Source of the DNA: Candidatus Saccharimonadales bacterium
Lineage (GTDB): Bacteria; Patescibacteriota; Saccharimonadia; QS-5-54-17
NCBI GenBank assembly: GCA_040876925.1
Contig: JBBDOS010000004.1
Coordinates: forward strand, 37,330 to 101,329
Length of the DNA stretch: 64,000 nucleotides
Direction: 5' to 3'
The notes beneath the pieces are model-generated. The model did not search any database, had not been told where the DNA came from, and saw only the letters and a list, made by a program, of their open reading frames with translations. Within the stretch, counting starts at the first letter, position 1; the number at the start of each line of letters is the position of its first letter. Below are positions 63,160 through 64,000 of the stretch, piece by piece. The position numbers were made by a program, and so were the translations under genes.

Positions 63160-64000
63160 AGCACTCGTTAAGTCCAATCCTGATATTAACCTGCACTTTG
63201 TAGGTTTAGGTCATCAGATGGAAAAAGATTTAATAGGGCCACTAGATATCAAGATGCATAAAATAGTATCTGGTAAGATGCGTCGTTACAGTGGTAGACC
63301 TTTCTGGGAGAACTTACTTGATCTGAAGGTAAAACTGCTTAATATTTGGGACTTTTTCAAGCTAATAGTCGGTATTATATTAAGCATTTGGCTATTACTT
63401 AAGCTGAGACCTGATAGAGTCTTTTGTAAGGGTGGTTATGCTTCATTGCCAGTCGGTATAGCTGCTTGGTTGCTCAGGAAACCACTTATTATACATGAAT
63501 CGGATGCTCATATAGGTTTGAGTAACCGTATATTAGCTAGACTTACCCCATATCGGATTAGCGGCTTTGATGTTAGTGGTTTTTTAAATCTAGGCAATCC
63601 GATCAGAGAAGATATTACTCATCCTAGCTCTTTAGGTAAGAGTGACTTTGGCATAACTACTGATAAACCGGTAGTTATAGTAGTTGGTGGCAGCCTTGGC
63701 TCTAGTAGTATTAATAGCGTTGTAAGTCATTTAGCTGAGGAAACAGATGGTTTTGAGATTATTCATGTAGCTGGAGAGGGTAAAGAGGAAAAAAATCACC
63801 TTAACCACTACCATAGCTACAGCTTCTTAGGTCCAGAATTAGCCGGAGCATTGCAGCTAGCAGATGTAGTTGTAGCTAGAGCTGGGGCAAATACCCTGCT
63901 AGAGCTAGCTGCTTTAGGTAAAGCAGCCATTATCGTACCTCATCCTAGATTAAGCGGTAATCACCAGTATGAAAATGCTAAGATTATGGCTGATAAGCAG
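63095..64000 (+). CDS. murG: UDP-GlcNAc:lipid I N-acetylglucosaminyltransferase MurG (3' partial, runs off window)
   Basis: Not in the supplied track (no stop in window). ATG 63095 follows an AAGGAG RBS at 63081-63086. Translation gives MRIVLAGGGSGGHLTPVVAVAKAL... (the MurG G-loop). Later segments read ...GGSLGSSSIN... and ...GANTLLELAALGKAAIIVPHP. Confidence 0.88.
   Translation, partial: MRIVLAGGGSGGHLTPVVAVAKALVKSNPDINLHFVGLGHQMEKDLIGPLDIKMHKIVSGKMRRYSGRPFWENLLDLKVKLLNIWDFFKLIVGIILSIWLLLKLRPDRVFCKGGYASLPVGIAAWLLRKPLIIHESDAHIGLSNRILARLTPYRISGFDVSGFLNLGNPIREDITHPSSLGKSDFGITTDKPVVIVVGGSLGSSSINSVVSHLAEETDGFEIIHVAGEGKEEKNHLNHYHSYSFLGPELAGALQLADVVVARAGANTLLELAALGKAAIIVPHPRLSGNHQYENAKIMADKQ

Noticed and set aside
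1-64000. Alternative genetic code (UGA recoded as Gly, as in some CPR lineages).
   Set aside because: Both prfA (PAT motif) and a full-length prfB (SPF motif) are present, and conserved proteins terminate at expected positions. Standard code 11 fits.
1-64000. tRNA, rRNA, tmRNA and CRISPR arrays.
   Set aside because: No GGTTCGAATCC-like T-arm or CCA-proximal acceptor pattern was found in any intergenic region. There are no regularly spaced direct repeats and no rRNA-like conserved blocks.

Overview
This 64-kb window comes from a low-GC (about 40%), gene-dense, reduced bacterial genome. Several traits are consistent with a Candidate Phyla Radiation / Patescibacteria (Saccharibacteria-like) organism: Gram-positive-type envelope genes (SEDS, PBPs, MreBCD, LCP, LPxTG sortase substrates, FtsEX plus a CHAP hydrolase), short EF-Ts, and Lys-rich tails on ribosomal proteins. 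This lineage call is an inference from gene content only.

Most of the window is housekeeping, in order:
- ileS (5' partial), a SEDS protein, rplU(-), parA, parB, lepB(-), an LCP protein, a membrane protein, htrA
- prmC-prfA(-), rpmE(-)
- rpsB-tsf-frr-uppS-rseP, a CPBP protease, proS
- mreB-mreC-mreD-mrdA, greA, serS-hpf, secA, murD, an M16 peptidase

The accessory and unusual content, in order:
1. A roughly 1.8-kb higher-GC (about 54%) island (32140-33900) encodes a 2-TM protein and a secreted acidic Pro/Glu-rich protein. Two palindromic candidate operators sit upstream.
2. Directly downstream are two surface proteins with LPxTG-like sorting signals (DUF11-like, 34132-35439; PKD-like, 35672-36742). 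They share Pro/Glu-repeat linkers and an unusual conserved tail after the anchor.
3. A prfB (no programmed frameshift)-ftsE-ftsX module is followed by a coiled-coil CHAP hydrolase (PcsB-like) and ctpA.
4. Then come pyrG, an orphan receiver, rpmA(-), an RNA methyltransferase(-), xseA-xseB, a histidine kinase plus receiver, recO and glyQS.
5. An NYN / PspC / LiaF-like (toastrack) envelope module follows (52964-55057).
6. The dcw cluster runs mraZ-rsmH-ftsL-ftsI-mraY-ftsW-murG (3' partial). A MraZ-box triplet lies upstream, the mraZ-rsmH spacer is long and structured, and A/CA-rich leader motifs recur. A 27-aa ORF with a perfect Shine-Dalgarno sits between rsmH and ftsL.
7. Between ftsI and mraY sits a phage tail-fibre-like gene (59660-60628). 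Its 3' two-thirds is 65-70% GC and encodes a Gly-rich tail.

No rRNA, tRNA, CRISPR array, transposase or integrase was detected. Most minus-strand and internal ORFs in the supplied track are shadows of real genes.
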